Shown here piece by piece: positions 1 through 12,409 of a stretch of DNA of 64,000 nt. A program made the translations under genes and the position numbers. The DNA comes from the human T2T-CHM13v2.0 reference genome, Homo sapiens: the NCBI RefSeq assembly GCF_009914755.1, contig NC_060942.1; one strand, written 5' to 3'. The notes under the pieces were generated by a model. The model was given only the letters and a program-made list of their open reading frames with translations. It was not told the origin of the DNA and made no database searches. Positions within the stretch are counted from its first letter, which is position 1. Each line of letters begins with the position of its first letter.

Positions 1-247
1 TCACAGGTGTAAGCACCCGGCCGTACTCATCGGCACTCACAGGTGTAAGCACCCGGCCGTACCCATCAGCGCTCACAGGTGTAAGCACCCAGCCGTACCC
101 ATCAGCGCTCACAGGTGTAAGCACCCGGCCGTACCCATCAGCGCTCACAGGTGTAAGCACACGGCTGTGCCCATCGGCGCTCACAGGTGTAAGCACCCGG
201 CCATACCCATCGGCGCTCATAGGTGTAAGCACTTGGCTGTACTCATT
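1..247. repeat. 36-bp-unit minisatellite (VNTR), about 7 copies visible, cut by the window start
   Basis: Unit TCACAGGTGTAAGCACCCGGCCGTACCCATCRGCGC starts at 1, 37, 73, 109, 145, 181 and 217 with few substitutions and no spacers. Confidence 0.95.
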
Positions 248-359
248 GATGTAGCAGGCTGTGCATCCCACTGGTTCTGAGGGTCTTTTTCGCTAGACTC
301 CCAGGCAAGCCTGGCCCACCCTCTGCCAAGCCTGGATGTCACTCAGCAATTCACAAGCA

Positions 360-530
360 CTTCCAGAGCACTCACTGTATTCAGGGCACCCTTTAGCTCA
401 TATAGTCTTCCCAATGACCTTAGGAAGGAGATGCTATTTTTATTTCCAATTTACAGATGAGGAAAGTCACTAGTCCAGAAAAGTGAAGCGACACAAGCAG
501 CCTGGCTTCCAGGCGTGTGCTGCTAACAAC
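360..530 (-). mobile_element. MIR SINE fragment
   Basis: MIR-core-like 'tatttccaatttacagatgaggaaa' in antisense orientation. Boundaries approximate. Confidence 0.6.
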
Positions 531-737
531 CCACTGCTCTGGGACCCCCTCCTTCCCCATCTGCAGACTCAGCTTCCGTCTGCTGGGCCCCTCCCTGGCT
601 GCCTCCTACATACTCCCCCTGTTAACCACCTGATCAACTCACATGCACGGGGAGCTAAAGACGGCATGGTCCTCTTTGGGGTGAGGGGGCTGTCATGTCA
701 AATGGACTAGGGGAGGGCTGCTGCCTCATTCAAAGGG

Positions 738-764
738 ATGAATGAATGAATGAATGAATGAATG
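738..764. repeat. (ATGA)n tetranucleotide microsatellite
   Basis: atgaatgaatgaatgaatgaatgaatg seen directly. Confidence 0.9.
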
Positions 765-3700
765 ATGAGATTTCAGATGAGACCCTCAGACAGGGTCACC
801 CACCCTCCCACCTTCTCCCCACCTGCACTAGGTCAGTCCTGCCCATAGATTACTTTCCTTGTCTGGATGATTCATGAATAGACATATTTAGGAAGCCCTC
901 GAAACTGACCAGGGATTTCCCAGATTGTGGGGACCCCACTCGATGAGCACCCAGAGGGAAAGTTCTGTGAGTTCTGGAGTGGTGGGCAGCTCAGGGGGTG
1001 GGGAGGCAGCCCGGCCAGAGGAGAGCTTCCTCCAGCTGTTGGCTCCCCTGACTCCCAAGAGGACAAACCCAGAGCATGAGGGTGCCTTTCACTCCTCAGG
1101 GCTCCCCAGGAGAGACAGGGGCACAGGTTTTAAAAATACCAAGGAGCTTTCCTCCTGGGTCGGCATTTACCCTGAACTCCAAGAGTTATTTCTGAGTCTT
1201 CCCAGTAATTTAATTATAGCCATTTATTCCAATGCATGTGTTTTGGGGAAGCCAAGGTGGCCTCTATTACAGTTTGGAATATTTTGGGAGGCCTTGGTTT
1301 CCAAAAGTGATGCAGGGACTCAATTAGGCAAGACACCAGCAAACAGAAATAAAATAGCTCAAGAAGATAGGCCCTCAAGTTCCCAGAGGCGATGCCTGTA
1401 CTTAGCACCCACGGGGGAAATTAAGATGAAGTTGTCCCCTGGGTGCTTGGTGTAGTCATCTCTGTAGCAGCAGCATATGCCACCTTCTCCATGTCTCTAA
1501 GCACCTGCAGGGATTTCAATGCCCTTCAAATTATGGGCTGGATGGGGTTGCCCATTCTTTCCAAGTAGGCCTGGACAGATGAACAGCCTGGGCACCAGGA
1601 TTTAGGTCCCCCTTGTAGGTGGACACAGACTCACCAACAACTTGTGGGATGGCATTATCAAACAGCTTCTAACCTTTCAAATAGGCCTTTGGAATCCTCA
1701 ACTGGTTCGCGCTCCCTGACCCCCTGCTCCTTGTAGATGGCCTGCTCCACCTGCCCTCAGCTCTGTCCCCACCTACCCTCCCACCCACTGTCTTCACTCG
1801 CTGTGCTCTCCAGACCCCAGTCTTCTCGCTGTTCTTTGAACAGGCCTGTCTCTGTCCTGCTCCCAACACTGACCAGCCCCTGTACCTCAGTCCCTCTCCC
1901 TTGCCTCTTGTTCCTGCTGGCCTCCTCTGATTCTGCAGGTTCTGCTGACTCCTTCCTACTCCTCCACCCCTTACTATTCATGGCCTCATTCATCCTCCCT
2001 TGATCCTCTTCCCTGACCTTCCCTACAGCTGCTGGGCGGGGTCCAGCCTGACACAGACTGAGAGCTTTCCCTGCTGTGTGTGAGCTCCTGGGCTCACCTG
2101 AAGCAGGTGCGGCCACTGAGGGACTTAGGGAAGGGCAGAGGGCCGGAGAGCATCCAGCACACACATTCATTCATGTCTGGAGGGCAAGCCCCGGGATCCT
2201 GAGTCACCTCAGCAGGTGGATAGAGGAGCCCAAAACAGAAGCTGCTGCCTGGAGCCCACATTATCTGCATTGACACCCGCCTGCAGGAATACGACTGCCC
2301 TTGTGTTGGCTTTGAACTCTGTCTTTCAGCTTCAAGGGGAGGATTTGGTGGACAAAAGATCTAATTTTAGGCTTATTACTTGTCAGGACTGACATTGAAC
2401 TCAAGAAAAGACATGTGTGAACTTGAAACAAAGATGAGAAATGTTTTTAGAAAGAGAAAATGTGTTCTGGGGTGGTGTGCATGTTTGGTCTGGTGGTCTG
2501 TGTGGCCACAGCAAACACGTGTTCCAGACTGGCTCTGCATGTCAGGGAGCAGATGGCTCGGCCTGGTCACCCTGAGCAGGAAGCTTGCTGCCTTTGAGCT
2601 GTGAGCTGCAGCCACGGTGCAAAGAGGCTGGGCGGAGGCTGGGGTGAGACACTTAGAGGGCAGGATTCTGACTGTGCCCTGATATTCAGGAGGGCTGGCG
2701 GTGCTCAGTCAGGGGTAGGGTAGGAACAGTGATCATCAGGGCCTCTTTAGGCAGAGCACACAAAGGCCAATTCCCTCCCAAGGCTCCACCATCCCAATTC
2801 CTGTCCCAACGCCCCTCCTAGGATGGCAGGGGAGCCTCGGCGCCCTTTCCGGGAGACAGCCCCGGTGTATTTTGACTGTGCTTCCTTACTCTACAAGCAG
2901 TCAAGGACAGCCACCTTCTGCCTTCCCACCACCCCCTTAGGGTGAGAATGAGGAGGAGCTCCCACCTTCCTCTACTCTCATGCGGCCCCTTTTGACCCCA
3001 GATTTACTGCTCCTGCATCCCGTTTTGTGAACTGGTGTGTCAGTGGTTGATCTACCCTTAATGGTAACCCAGGGCATGTTACTTTGCATTTTCACTTGAG
3101 CCTTCAGTGATTACCCAGAGTTAAGAGAATGATTTAGTTTCTGGCACACTGAGAAGCTCCCACGTGTGGGAGGTAGGTGAGGGTGGGTATATGTCATGTT
3201 ATTTCAAGGCAGATTTTTTTGCTCCTAAGAGCCTAAAACCATCCCACTTGAGGCAAACCCACATTTTGCCTCTGACTTTGTTGCCTGGAGGTCATATCAC
3301 AGGAGCCACACCAGGGCCCTTATTCCAGCCTAATGTGTAGGTGGTCCTTTGAGAATGCTGAGTTGCCTAGACTTCATTCGAGTCCTGTCACTAGATATGT
3401 AGCCTCAAGACATCCCTTCACCTCTTTGAGGCATGTTGCTCAACTATAAAATACGATATCCACCTTGTAAGAGTGTTCTGCAGTTCAAATGAGGTGATGC
3501 TCAGAAAGGAGGTAAAATGCCAAGGGCAACACAAACCTGAGGACTTATTGCCTATATTTGTGTTTGAATCACACATGTTCGGTTTATGTTTATAGTTGTG
3601 GATATGTACGTGTGCATGTGATTGCTTTAGGACTCTGCTAATCATCATTTCCAATGATAATTTGCTGGAAATGGAGCTTGGCTTGGACGTTTGTATTGGG

Positions 3701-4468
3701 GTTATCTATTGCTGTGTAACAAATTTCTCCAAGACGTAGAGTTTAAAACAACAAATATTTATTATGTCACCCAGTTTCCAAGGGTCAGGAATCCAGGAGC
3801 AGTTTAACAGGGTTGTCCTAGCTCAAAGTCACCCTTGAGAGTGTAGTCAAACTGTCAGCCAGGGGTGTAGGCATCTGAAGGCATGACTGGGGCTGGAGAA
3901 AGCCCAAGCAGTTGGAGAACAGCCTCCTTCACAAGGTGGTTGGCAGTTCTCAGTTTCTCATTAGCTGTTGGTCACAAGGTGGACCTCTTCATAGGGCTGT
4001 TCATGACATAGCAGCTGACTTGTCCCAGAGTATGATCCAAGAGAGACAGACAGGAAGACAAGCAGACAGACAGACACCAAGATCGAAGCTGCAGTATGCT
4101 TTGTAACCTAATCTTGGAAGTGACATGCCATATTCTACCATATTCTGTTGGTCACATAGACTAACCTTGGTACAGTGTGGGAGGGGACTTTACAGGGATA
4201 TAAATTCCATAAAGTGGGGATCACTGGGGACAATCTTAGAGGCTGACTACCACAACCCACCCTCTCATTCCCAGTGACTCACATGCAAAATAGTCTCACC
4301 CCTCCCAATGTCTCATTTGATTATAGCATCAGCTCCAAGTCCAAAGTCTCATCATCTAGATCATGTTCAGATGCAGATGACGCTCTTTGGGTGTATCTCC
4401 TTAAGTACAGCACCTCAGGTACAGTTCACTCTTGATCTGTAGGCCTGAGATTTAAGGAGGCAAGTTAG

Positions 4469-4471
<3 letters not shown>

Positions 4472-4508
<37 letters not shown>
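4472..4508. repeat. (CA)n microsatellite, about 18 units, inside the MaLR internal region
   Basis: Uninterrupted CA run seen directly. Confidence 0.95.
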
Positions 4509-4510
<2 letters not shown>

Positions 4511-6134
4511 AGCCAACATACAATTGTGGGACAGGCATAGGGTAACAGCCTTAGATACACTTATTCAAGAAGAGGGGAAACAAGAAGCACATAGACATTG
4601 TTGGTCCATAGCAGTTCTGAAATCCAGCCAGGCAGATATTGGAAGTTTCTTGATTAGAACTCAGTTCTGTTCCTGCCCAGGAATTATTCTACAAGGCTGT
4701 CTCCGCCCTCTGCATTCAGGGTCTTTCATGAGATTGCAGCAAGTCATGAGCCCAGTGAATACTCTGGGCTCTTGGTTCTGCCTCTGAGTCATCCTTCCTT
4801 TTCTATGAAAGGTAGCATGTCTTTGCAGCTGATTTGTTGCTCAGATAGCTTCCTGCTGGTAGAATTTGGGAGGTCCAAGAGCTTCTTTATATTTTGTACT
4901 GTGTCTCTCCCTTCCAGTCCAAGTTGTTGTGTTTCCACTGAAATAATCCTTTGAAAAACTTTATGGGTCTTCTGTGATCCTATTGAGTCTGTTCCACCAA
5001 ATAAAAGCCCACCCACACATCTCTTCAAGACCATCCCTTCTCTCCGCTGGGCTTCTGCTGAGGGACAATGCCCTTAAGCTTCTTAGAAGCTCTGTTGTTT
5101 GACTGAGAAGATCTTTAACATCTCTTAAAATCTTTACAGAGCTTTTGGTCTGACTGAATAGTACTCTGAGGCAGCACCGCTGAACTTTCTAAGATCTTGA
5201 CAAAGACTTCATAGCCACACCCTCCACCTCATCTTTGGACTATGCTTTCCTGAGAGTGCCTGGATTTGATCTTTACGCAGAAGTCATTTCCTAATTTTAG
5301 CATCATTTGCCATCTGGACAGTCTGGGACTCTTCAAAACTAGCAAGTCCTGGATTTTTTTTTATTGTGACAGCCCTTCTTTTAACTTGTCTCTCTCTTCT
5401 CACATTTTACCTAGCAAGAAGAAACCAGGCAGCCCCTGCAGGACCCTGGCTAAAAACTTCTTCCTTAGATAATGCAAGTCATTAAGTACATTTTCTGCTT
5501 TTCACATATCTGTAGGAGACAATGTTGCTAAACATTTTGGGGCTACATAATAAAAATCCTCCTTCCTCTAATTCCCAATAATATATTTTTCACCTCCCTT
5601 AAAGCCCCCATCACCAGTCTCCTCAAAGTCCATATTTCTACCAGTGGTCTCTTCATGGCATTTGAAGTTTTCACTAAGAATCACCCCAGAATGCTTCTGG
5701 CTCCGGCCCACTGCCCAGTACCAAAGCCACTCTCACATTGCAGAGTTTCACTATGGCAGCACCCTACTTCCAAGTACCCAAAGCTGTATTAGTTATCTCT
5801 TGCTGTGTAACAAATTACTCCCCAAATTTAGCAGCTTAAAATAAGCACTTATGATCTCACACAGTTTATGACGGTCAAGCATCCAGAAGCTATATAGCTG
5901 GGGAGTTCTGGCTCAGGGTCTCTCGTGAGATTGTGGTCAGGCTGTTGGCCAGGATTGCGGTCATCTGACACTTGACTCAGATGGGACTGGAAGAGCCACT
6001 TCCCAGCTCACGGATGTGGTTGCTGGCAGGCCTTGGCTCCTCACTGGCTGTTGGCTGGAGGCTTCATTTCCTTGCAACGTGGGCCTCTCTGTAGGGTGCT
6101 CATGACAGAGTGAGTGGCCTGTGAAGGAGGGAGG

Positions 6135-6136
<2 letters not shown>

Positions 6137-6166
<30 letters not shown>

Positions 6167-6179
6167 AGGAAAGAGAGAG
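6137..6179. repeat. (GA)n-rich microsatellite within the second LTR
   Basis: gagagtgagagagagagagagagagagagaaggaaagagagag. Confidence 0.85.
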
Positions 6180-7441
6180 ATAAGCTGTTGGATCTTTTGT
6201 AACCTGGTCTCAAAGCAACATACCATCCCTTCTGCCATATTCCATTGGTCACAGACTAACCGTGATGTGGCAAGGGACTAAACAAGAGTTTGAGTGTCAG
6301 GAGGTGGGGACCACTGGGAGCCACCTTTATCTGTTTTGAGTTCCTTCCTGTACCATTGCTTTTTCCCCCCACTTTAAATGATCTAGTGAAACTCACCGGT
6401 AGCTTTGAATGGGTTGAGGGTTTTTGTGTGTTCTGATTCAACTTCAAACCTCTCTACAAATGCCCTCCTCATCCTGTCCTCCCCTCTGCGCTTCCATCCT
6501 TCCTGCCCATGGCCCCTCTCCATGGTGGGGCATCAGTGAAGACGCTTCCTGCCTGGGGAAGATTTGAAGCCAGGGGATGCTGTTGCCAGAACTTTGGAAC
6601 ACCCCTCTTACCCAGGGGGTCCAGCAGATAGTTCTGGGAAAAGGAAACTTTCCAAGATACACACCCACGTTCCCCCCACCACCACTACCACACACACAGA
6701 CACACACTCACACATGTAATTATTTTCCCTTAAACTCTATAATCTCAATGATTATAAAAAGTTTGGGCTTTAATTGGAAGCGTATTGAAATCCTTGCATC
6801 TGTCAGACACTGACAGAGAAGGCTTCCTTGCTTAGGTGGGAAAATAACCCAAATATTAACAACACAAATAAAGATGGCTCCCCCAGCCTTTCTCACAGCA
6901 GCCGCCAGTGGTCTGGGAGGCAGTAGGATGAGAGCTGGCGTCCCCATGAGAAGAGTGAGATCAGCGAGACTCAGAAAGGTGATGCGATTTACTCCAGGCC
7001 TTGCAGAGCTGAGGCTGGTCCCAGACATCCAGACGTCTGGATTCTTTTCCACAGGGTTCTGGAATGTTGGTCCTGTGGTGGAAAACACGTGCTCCTTTTT
7101 CACCCACTTGGGGATCCGTGGTGATCTGGAGTTGTCTTCCTGTCTGGGGAGGGTGGTCCTGCCTCGGGTAGAGGACCAGATATGGTGGGGGTTCAGAATG
7201 CTGTGGAGAGAAGTCCCTCAGAAACGGAAATATTTTGGCAGGCATGAGGAAAGATTGTGAGGGAGCACCCAGTGGTGGGACAGTGGCGATGGACAGAAGA
7301 GGACTCCTGTTAATCCGCTCTTTCCAATCCACCCAGATGCCCTTCCCTGCATTTTGAGGCATCCCTGGGAGGACTGCCTCAGGAGGCTTCACCTCCAGGT
7401 GGAGTCTCAGGTGAAGTAATAGTAGCCGGCTTTGTCCACAG

Positions 7442-8245
7442 CTGTGCTGCCCAGTGCAGTCACCACGAGCTGCCTGTGGTGATTTACACCCATTACAATT
7501 AAATAAAGCCACAAGTTCAGTTCTGCAGTCATATTGGCCACATTCAGGGCTAGCCACATGTGGTGAAGGGCCTCCACAGTGTGAGGGGCCCCCGAAGTGT
7601 GAGGGGCCTCCGCGGTGTGAGGGGCCCCCGCAGTGTGAGGGCCTCCTGGGGTGTGAGGGGCCCCTGAGGTGTGAGGGGCTTCTGCGGTGTGAGGGGCCCC
7701 TGCGGTGTGAGGGGCTCCTGCTGTGTGAGGGGCCCCTGCGGTGTGAGGGGCTCCTGCTGTGTGAGGGGCTTCCACGGTGTGTGGGGCCCCTGCGCTGTGA
7801 GGGGCCCCTGTGGTGTGAGGGGCTTCCGCGGTGTGAGGGGCTTCCGCGGTGTGAGGGGCTCCTGCTGTGTGAGGGGCTCCTGCGGTGTGAGGGGCCCCTG
7901 TGGTGTGAGGGGCTTCTGCGGTGTGAGGGGCTTCTGCGGTGTGAGGAGCCCCTGAGGTGTGAGGGGCTTCCGCGGTGTGAGGGGCTTCTGCGGTGTGAGG
8001 AGCCCCTGCGGTGTGAGGGGCTTCCGTGGTGTGAGGAGCCCCCGCAGCTTGAGGGGCCCCCACGATGAACGCAGTGTGAAGGGCCCCCTGTGGTGTGAGG
8101 GGCCTCTGGCAGTGTGAGGGGCTTCCGTGGTGTGAGGGACCCCCGCAGCATGAGGGGCCTCCCGCAGTGTGAGGGGCTTCCACAGTGGACCATGCTGCTC
8201 TAGGACGTTTTCATCATGGCAAAAATCCTGTCAGATGACCCTGCT
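7442..8245 (-). mobile_element. MER3/MER33-like hAT-Charlie DNA transposon split by a minisatellite
   Basis: 7442-7563 (ctgtgctgcccagt...aattaaataaa...ttcagttctgcagtcatattggccacattc...tagccacatgtgg) and 8186-8245 (tggaccatgctgctctaggacgttttcatcatggcaaaaatcctg) resemble consecutive parts of the MER3 consensus as I recall it. Confidence 0.7.
7563..8187. repeat. 18-bp-unit GC-rich minisatellite (GTGTGAGGGGCYYCTGCG), about 34-35 copies
   Basis: Seen directly. Gives hexapeptide repeat ORFs (CEGPLR, APHTAG) in the ORF track. Confidence 0.97.
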
Positions 8246-9107
8246 CTGGGGAAACTCTCCCAGCCCAGAGAGGCAGGCATGGGGCAGTTGCGGGAGAAGA
8301 GAAAAGTGGAGAACCATTTGGAAGGGTCTGGGGGCCAGGGAAAAGGCATGAGGATGAGAAAGAAGAAGCTGAGAAAGAGAAGGGGTGCTCATGGAGCAGT
8401 GTGTGGCCCCTTTGGGTGCTCAGGAAATGGTCATTCCTCTTTGATCTGGGGCTCAGAGAGGCAGACAGTGCCTACCCTGTTGGGGTTTAAAACCCACAAG
8501 GGAGGACCACCTCCTGCAGCACCTTCTCTCAAAAGCTCCAGGCCCACTCTGCAGACCACCAGGACCCCCAAGAGCTGTGCAGCCTCACCAGCAGCTGATG
8601 GGCATCACTGGGAGGGGGTAGAGAAGGCTCATTATGATGGTCAATTCAGGACAAATCCTTTGGAATAGGGAGAGATGCCTGGAAGCTTCTGGAGAATGGA
8701 GAGGTCCCCATTTCCTAACCCACCATTGGTCCTTTGTCACCATATTCCCCACCCTCTATGCCTGAGTGGAACTCCGTTAACCCTCTCATTCCTGGAGAAC
8801 TGCACAAACCACATCTCAACAATGTCTTCCCAGTGGCCACCTAACTCAGCTTAGGGACCTAGTAAGGGCTTGGTTTGTCTGTGATAAGTGAAAGGTGTGT
8901 GGATGGATGGGATTTCTTCAAAGTCTTATATGGAAATTATCCATATAAACCACTGAATAAAGAAGACCTCTTTAGTTTTTAGCGGGTTGGGACCAGAAAC
9001 CCAATGGTCCCTTACCACTGCAGTGACTTCATTCCCGCTTATTATAACAGCAATTATTGAAGCTGCTTTTTATGGGACACCTCCTAGGCTGTGCATTCTA
9101 TCTGGAT

Positions 9108-9328
9108 TAGGGGTCAGCAAAGTTTTCTACAAAGGACCAGAGAATAAATCTTTCAGGTTTTGCAGGCCATAGGGTCTCTATCATAACTCCTCAGCTCTGC
9201 CATTGTAGCACAGAAGCAGTTATAGAAATATATAAATGAATGAAAGTGACTGCTTGCCAATAAAACTCTGTTTCCATAACCAGATAGCGGCTCCATTCGG
9301 CCCACAGGCCACCATTGGCCAATTCTTG
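9108..9328 (+). mobile_element. MER58A-like hAT-Charlie DNA transposon
   Basis: taggggtcagcaaagttttctacaaaggaccagagaataaat...tgcaggccatagggtctcta...actcctcagctctgccattgtagc...ccaataaaact...ggcccacaggcc. Confidence 0.75.
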
Positions 9329-11577
9329 TTGTAGGTTATCATGAATCTTCCAACACCCCGAAGAGAATGAAGTTTCCATTCCTACCTTACAGCCGAGGAG
9401 ACCATGCTGCAGCAGTGCATTCACCTGGCCGCCGGGCTCACATGCCTTTTGAGGCAGACCTAGGCCTATCCAAGCAGGACTCCCATTCCCTGGGGTACGT
9501 TTTGATGTGGAACTGCAGAAGGCCTTGCCAGAGGCTGCCACGGGAGACCTCAGGATTCGGGGTACCCAGGAGTAGCCAGTGATGCCTCAGGGGTAACAGA
9601 AGAACCTGGAAGGCTGTAGGAAAAATAGAAGCCTGTTTCCCCTGCTTCACTGAGGTTGTAAGGCAACCCCGAGAAGGCAGAAGGGGACCAGCAGGGCAGT
9701 GCACACCCAGGAGACAGCTCTTACCTTGATGACGGGGCTGACCAGCCGGACACTGCCCTGCTTGGACCTTTTTTATGCCCACCACAGGGCAACCACTGCC
9801 TCCAGCATCCCCCCTGGAGAAGCTGCTGCAAAGCCGTCCCCTTCTATGGGAGCCACAGCTTGAAGCTAAAACAAGAGCCCAAAGCATCTTCAGGTGTAAG
9901 AAGAGGTCTCTTTCTTTCTTGTTCTCGGCAGCCCGTCCTTCCCCAGCTCCTTCTGGACATGAGGTTTCTTGTTACCCTCTTCAAGTTCCTTTGGCTCGCA
10001 GCATTGCCTCTCCTCCAGACAATATGGCCTGGCCAGTGTGACCTGCTCCTGTATGCCCTCCAGCCCTCCCCAGCCATGCCACGGAGGGACAGAGCTGTCC
10101 AGATCCCAGCCAGGGTCTCCAATTTGTGCAAGGCAGGAGGAGGCACATGTCACTGATGTGAGAGCTGTCTAAGGGTTTCATTCATTCGCGTTTTCAATAG
10201 AGGCCGTGGTGTGCCTTGCAGATATTTGATCTACATCACCATAATCAGACAAGATTGGGCATGTTCAGGGTGGTGTGGCTGTAGACAACATCACCATCAT
10301 CAGAAAAAGAAGGAGGAGGAGGAGCGTTATTTTGAGAGGCATCGGGGGCCTGGTTGCCTGGACTTTCATCATTAGTGCATGCTTATTTGGGTTAAAAATT
10401 CATAATCCCTGTGGTCCCTTCCAAAGCGTAGCTGCCCTGGGGAGGCAGTATCCCAAGGCACTCGGACACCTCTGTCACTAACTTTTTCAAGTTTGTGGAT
10501 TATAGATAAGGGAGGAGGCGAGGAGGGGCGAGAGGGAAGTGGGAAACTGTGTGGGAGGGGGTGGGTGCTCAGAGTGGAAGTGAAGATCAAGCTGAGTCCT
10601 CTAATGATGGTGCTGGGCCCCTGCCTGTCTCTTCTGGGAGTCACTGCCTCCATGTGCATTAACCCTGCAGATCCAGCCGCAGCCTGAGTGTTGAATAGGG
10701 CTAGCTGAGCTCTTTGCTGACCACTGTCTCCAGTGGAAACCACTGAGTGCAGGGTCAGGAGTGGGGTGCTCTCAGACACTGATGGAGCCATGCCCAAGAC
10801 CCAGGGAACATCCTGTGGCTGGGGAGGAGTTACAGGGAAACAGATTGTCGGGCAAGGGTCTCTGGCCCCCCTCCCTGGCAGTCGAGGGCACACCAGTGTC
10901 TGGAGACAGTGTGGGTGCTGAGCTGGCACATCCACCACAGAGCAACTAGGATTATTGAGGAGAAGGAGGAAAATTATCTGAGCCCACCTAGGGTTTTCAT
11001 TTGCAGCCCGTGATGAAGTCAGCTGGCCAAGAGGTCAGCTTCAGGCCACGCCTGTGGGGACCCTCCTGGCTCTTCACACTCAGCTCCCACCAGCCCACCC
11101 CAGAGTGCTTGCTCCCAGCTCACCCTCGCAGCCCTTCCCCCTGGAAATCAAAACTAAGCCCTCCCTTCCCCCAGTCTCTCAGGGCTGTCTCAGAACTAAG
11201 CTTTCCAGCCGGAGAATGCTCGGAGCATTTCAGCAGGGGTCTTCATTCTCAAGGAGGCGGGTACAATTTGGGGCTCAATAAAAGGGATATTTGAAAATAA
11301 AGCTGGGCATCCACCCAGCAAAGCCAGTTGGCAATGCCATGAGGGACGCTGTGTTCTTCTAACTCTGCTAAGCCTGCCCTGTGAGCCGTGGCTCAAACCC
11401 AGCATGGGAACTTCCTGTAGGGGAAGAGGCCAGGCTGTTTGGAAAAGAGACCTCGAGTCCCCACCCACTTCCCCTGGGACAAGGAGTGGGGAGACCCTCG
11501 GCTGCACCTTCTGTCCCCCACCCCCAGCATTGCTGTGGTCAGAGATAATACCAGGTTAGCTACATTAAAATTATTTG

Positions 11578-11874
<297 letters not shown>

Positions 11875-12214
11875 TAAAATTATTTGAATCCCAGGATTCA
11901 TTGGGGTTCATTTGCATCCTGTTCATCATCACGGCAACATTCTGGGAGAGAAAGGGAAGACTTCCAAGAGGCTGAATCACTTTGCAGTGTTGACCTCACC
12001 CACCTCATGACCCCAGGGTGGTGGGAGCAATGCCCTTCACCAGCCCCTGTATGGATAGGAAGCAGGGGCTGGAGAGGAGGTTTTGGTCAGGAAGGGAGGC
12101 TCTGTGAATGCTTCTCGCAAGCCTAGACTGAGCCAGGCATTAGAGGAGCATCCCGTCTAGTTGGAGTGAGGTGATTAAGATATACTGAACAATTTACACT
12201 TAATATCATATTGC

Positions 12215-12409
12215 TGTGTGTGTACTCCTGTGTACATATACATATATGGTATATATGCACATGTGTGTTTATATGCATTTATATGCACACATGTATGCAT
12301 GCATATTGCATGTGTGCAATATGTGTACAAGTATGTATATGCATGTGTTATGTGCCTATGCATATGTGCATGTATGTCCAGTTTGTGTGCGTGTGTGTGT
12401 GTGTGTGTG
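12215..12409. repeat. Degenerate (TG/TA/CA) alternating purine-pyrimidine tract ending in (TG)n
   Basis: tgtgtgtgtactcc...atatgcacatgtgtg...gtgtgcgtgtgtgtgtgtgtgtgtgtg. Confidence 0.85.

Larger units (their letters stand above)
3692..6327 (-). mobile_element. ERVL-MaLR MLT1-type element with LTR (3692-4254), internal region (about 4255-5784) and second LTR (5785 to about 6327)
   Basis: Two similar ~550-bp segments both start tgtatt..gttatct.ttgctgtgtaacaaatt and share ccatatt....ttggtcaca.agactaacc and gtgggga.cactggg. The first ends ggctgactaccaca (reverse complement of the TGTGGTAG LTR start). The intervening sequence resembles MLT1-int. Confidence 0.8.

Noticed and set aside
1-247. 36-bp repeats as a CRISPR array
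   Set aside because: Units are directly adjacent with no unique spacers, no cas genes are present and the context is a primate intron. It is a VNTR.
6961-8193. 410-aa (-), 258-aa (-) and 204-aa (+) ORFs as novel repeat proteins
   Set aside because: They result from an 18-bp unit lacking stops in those frames. The flanks are transposon-derived, with no supporting promoter or splice structure.
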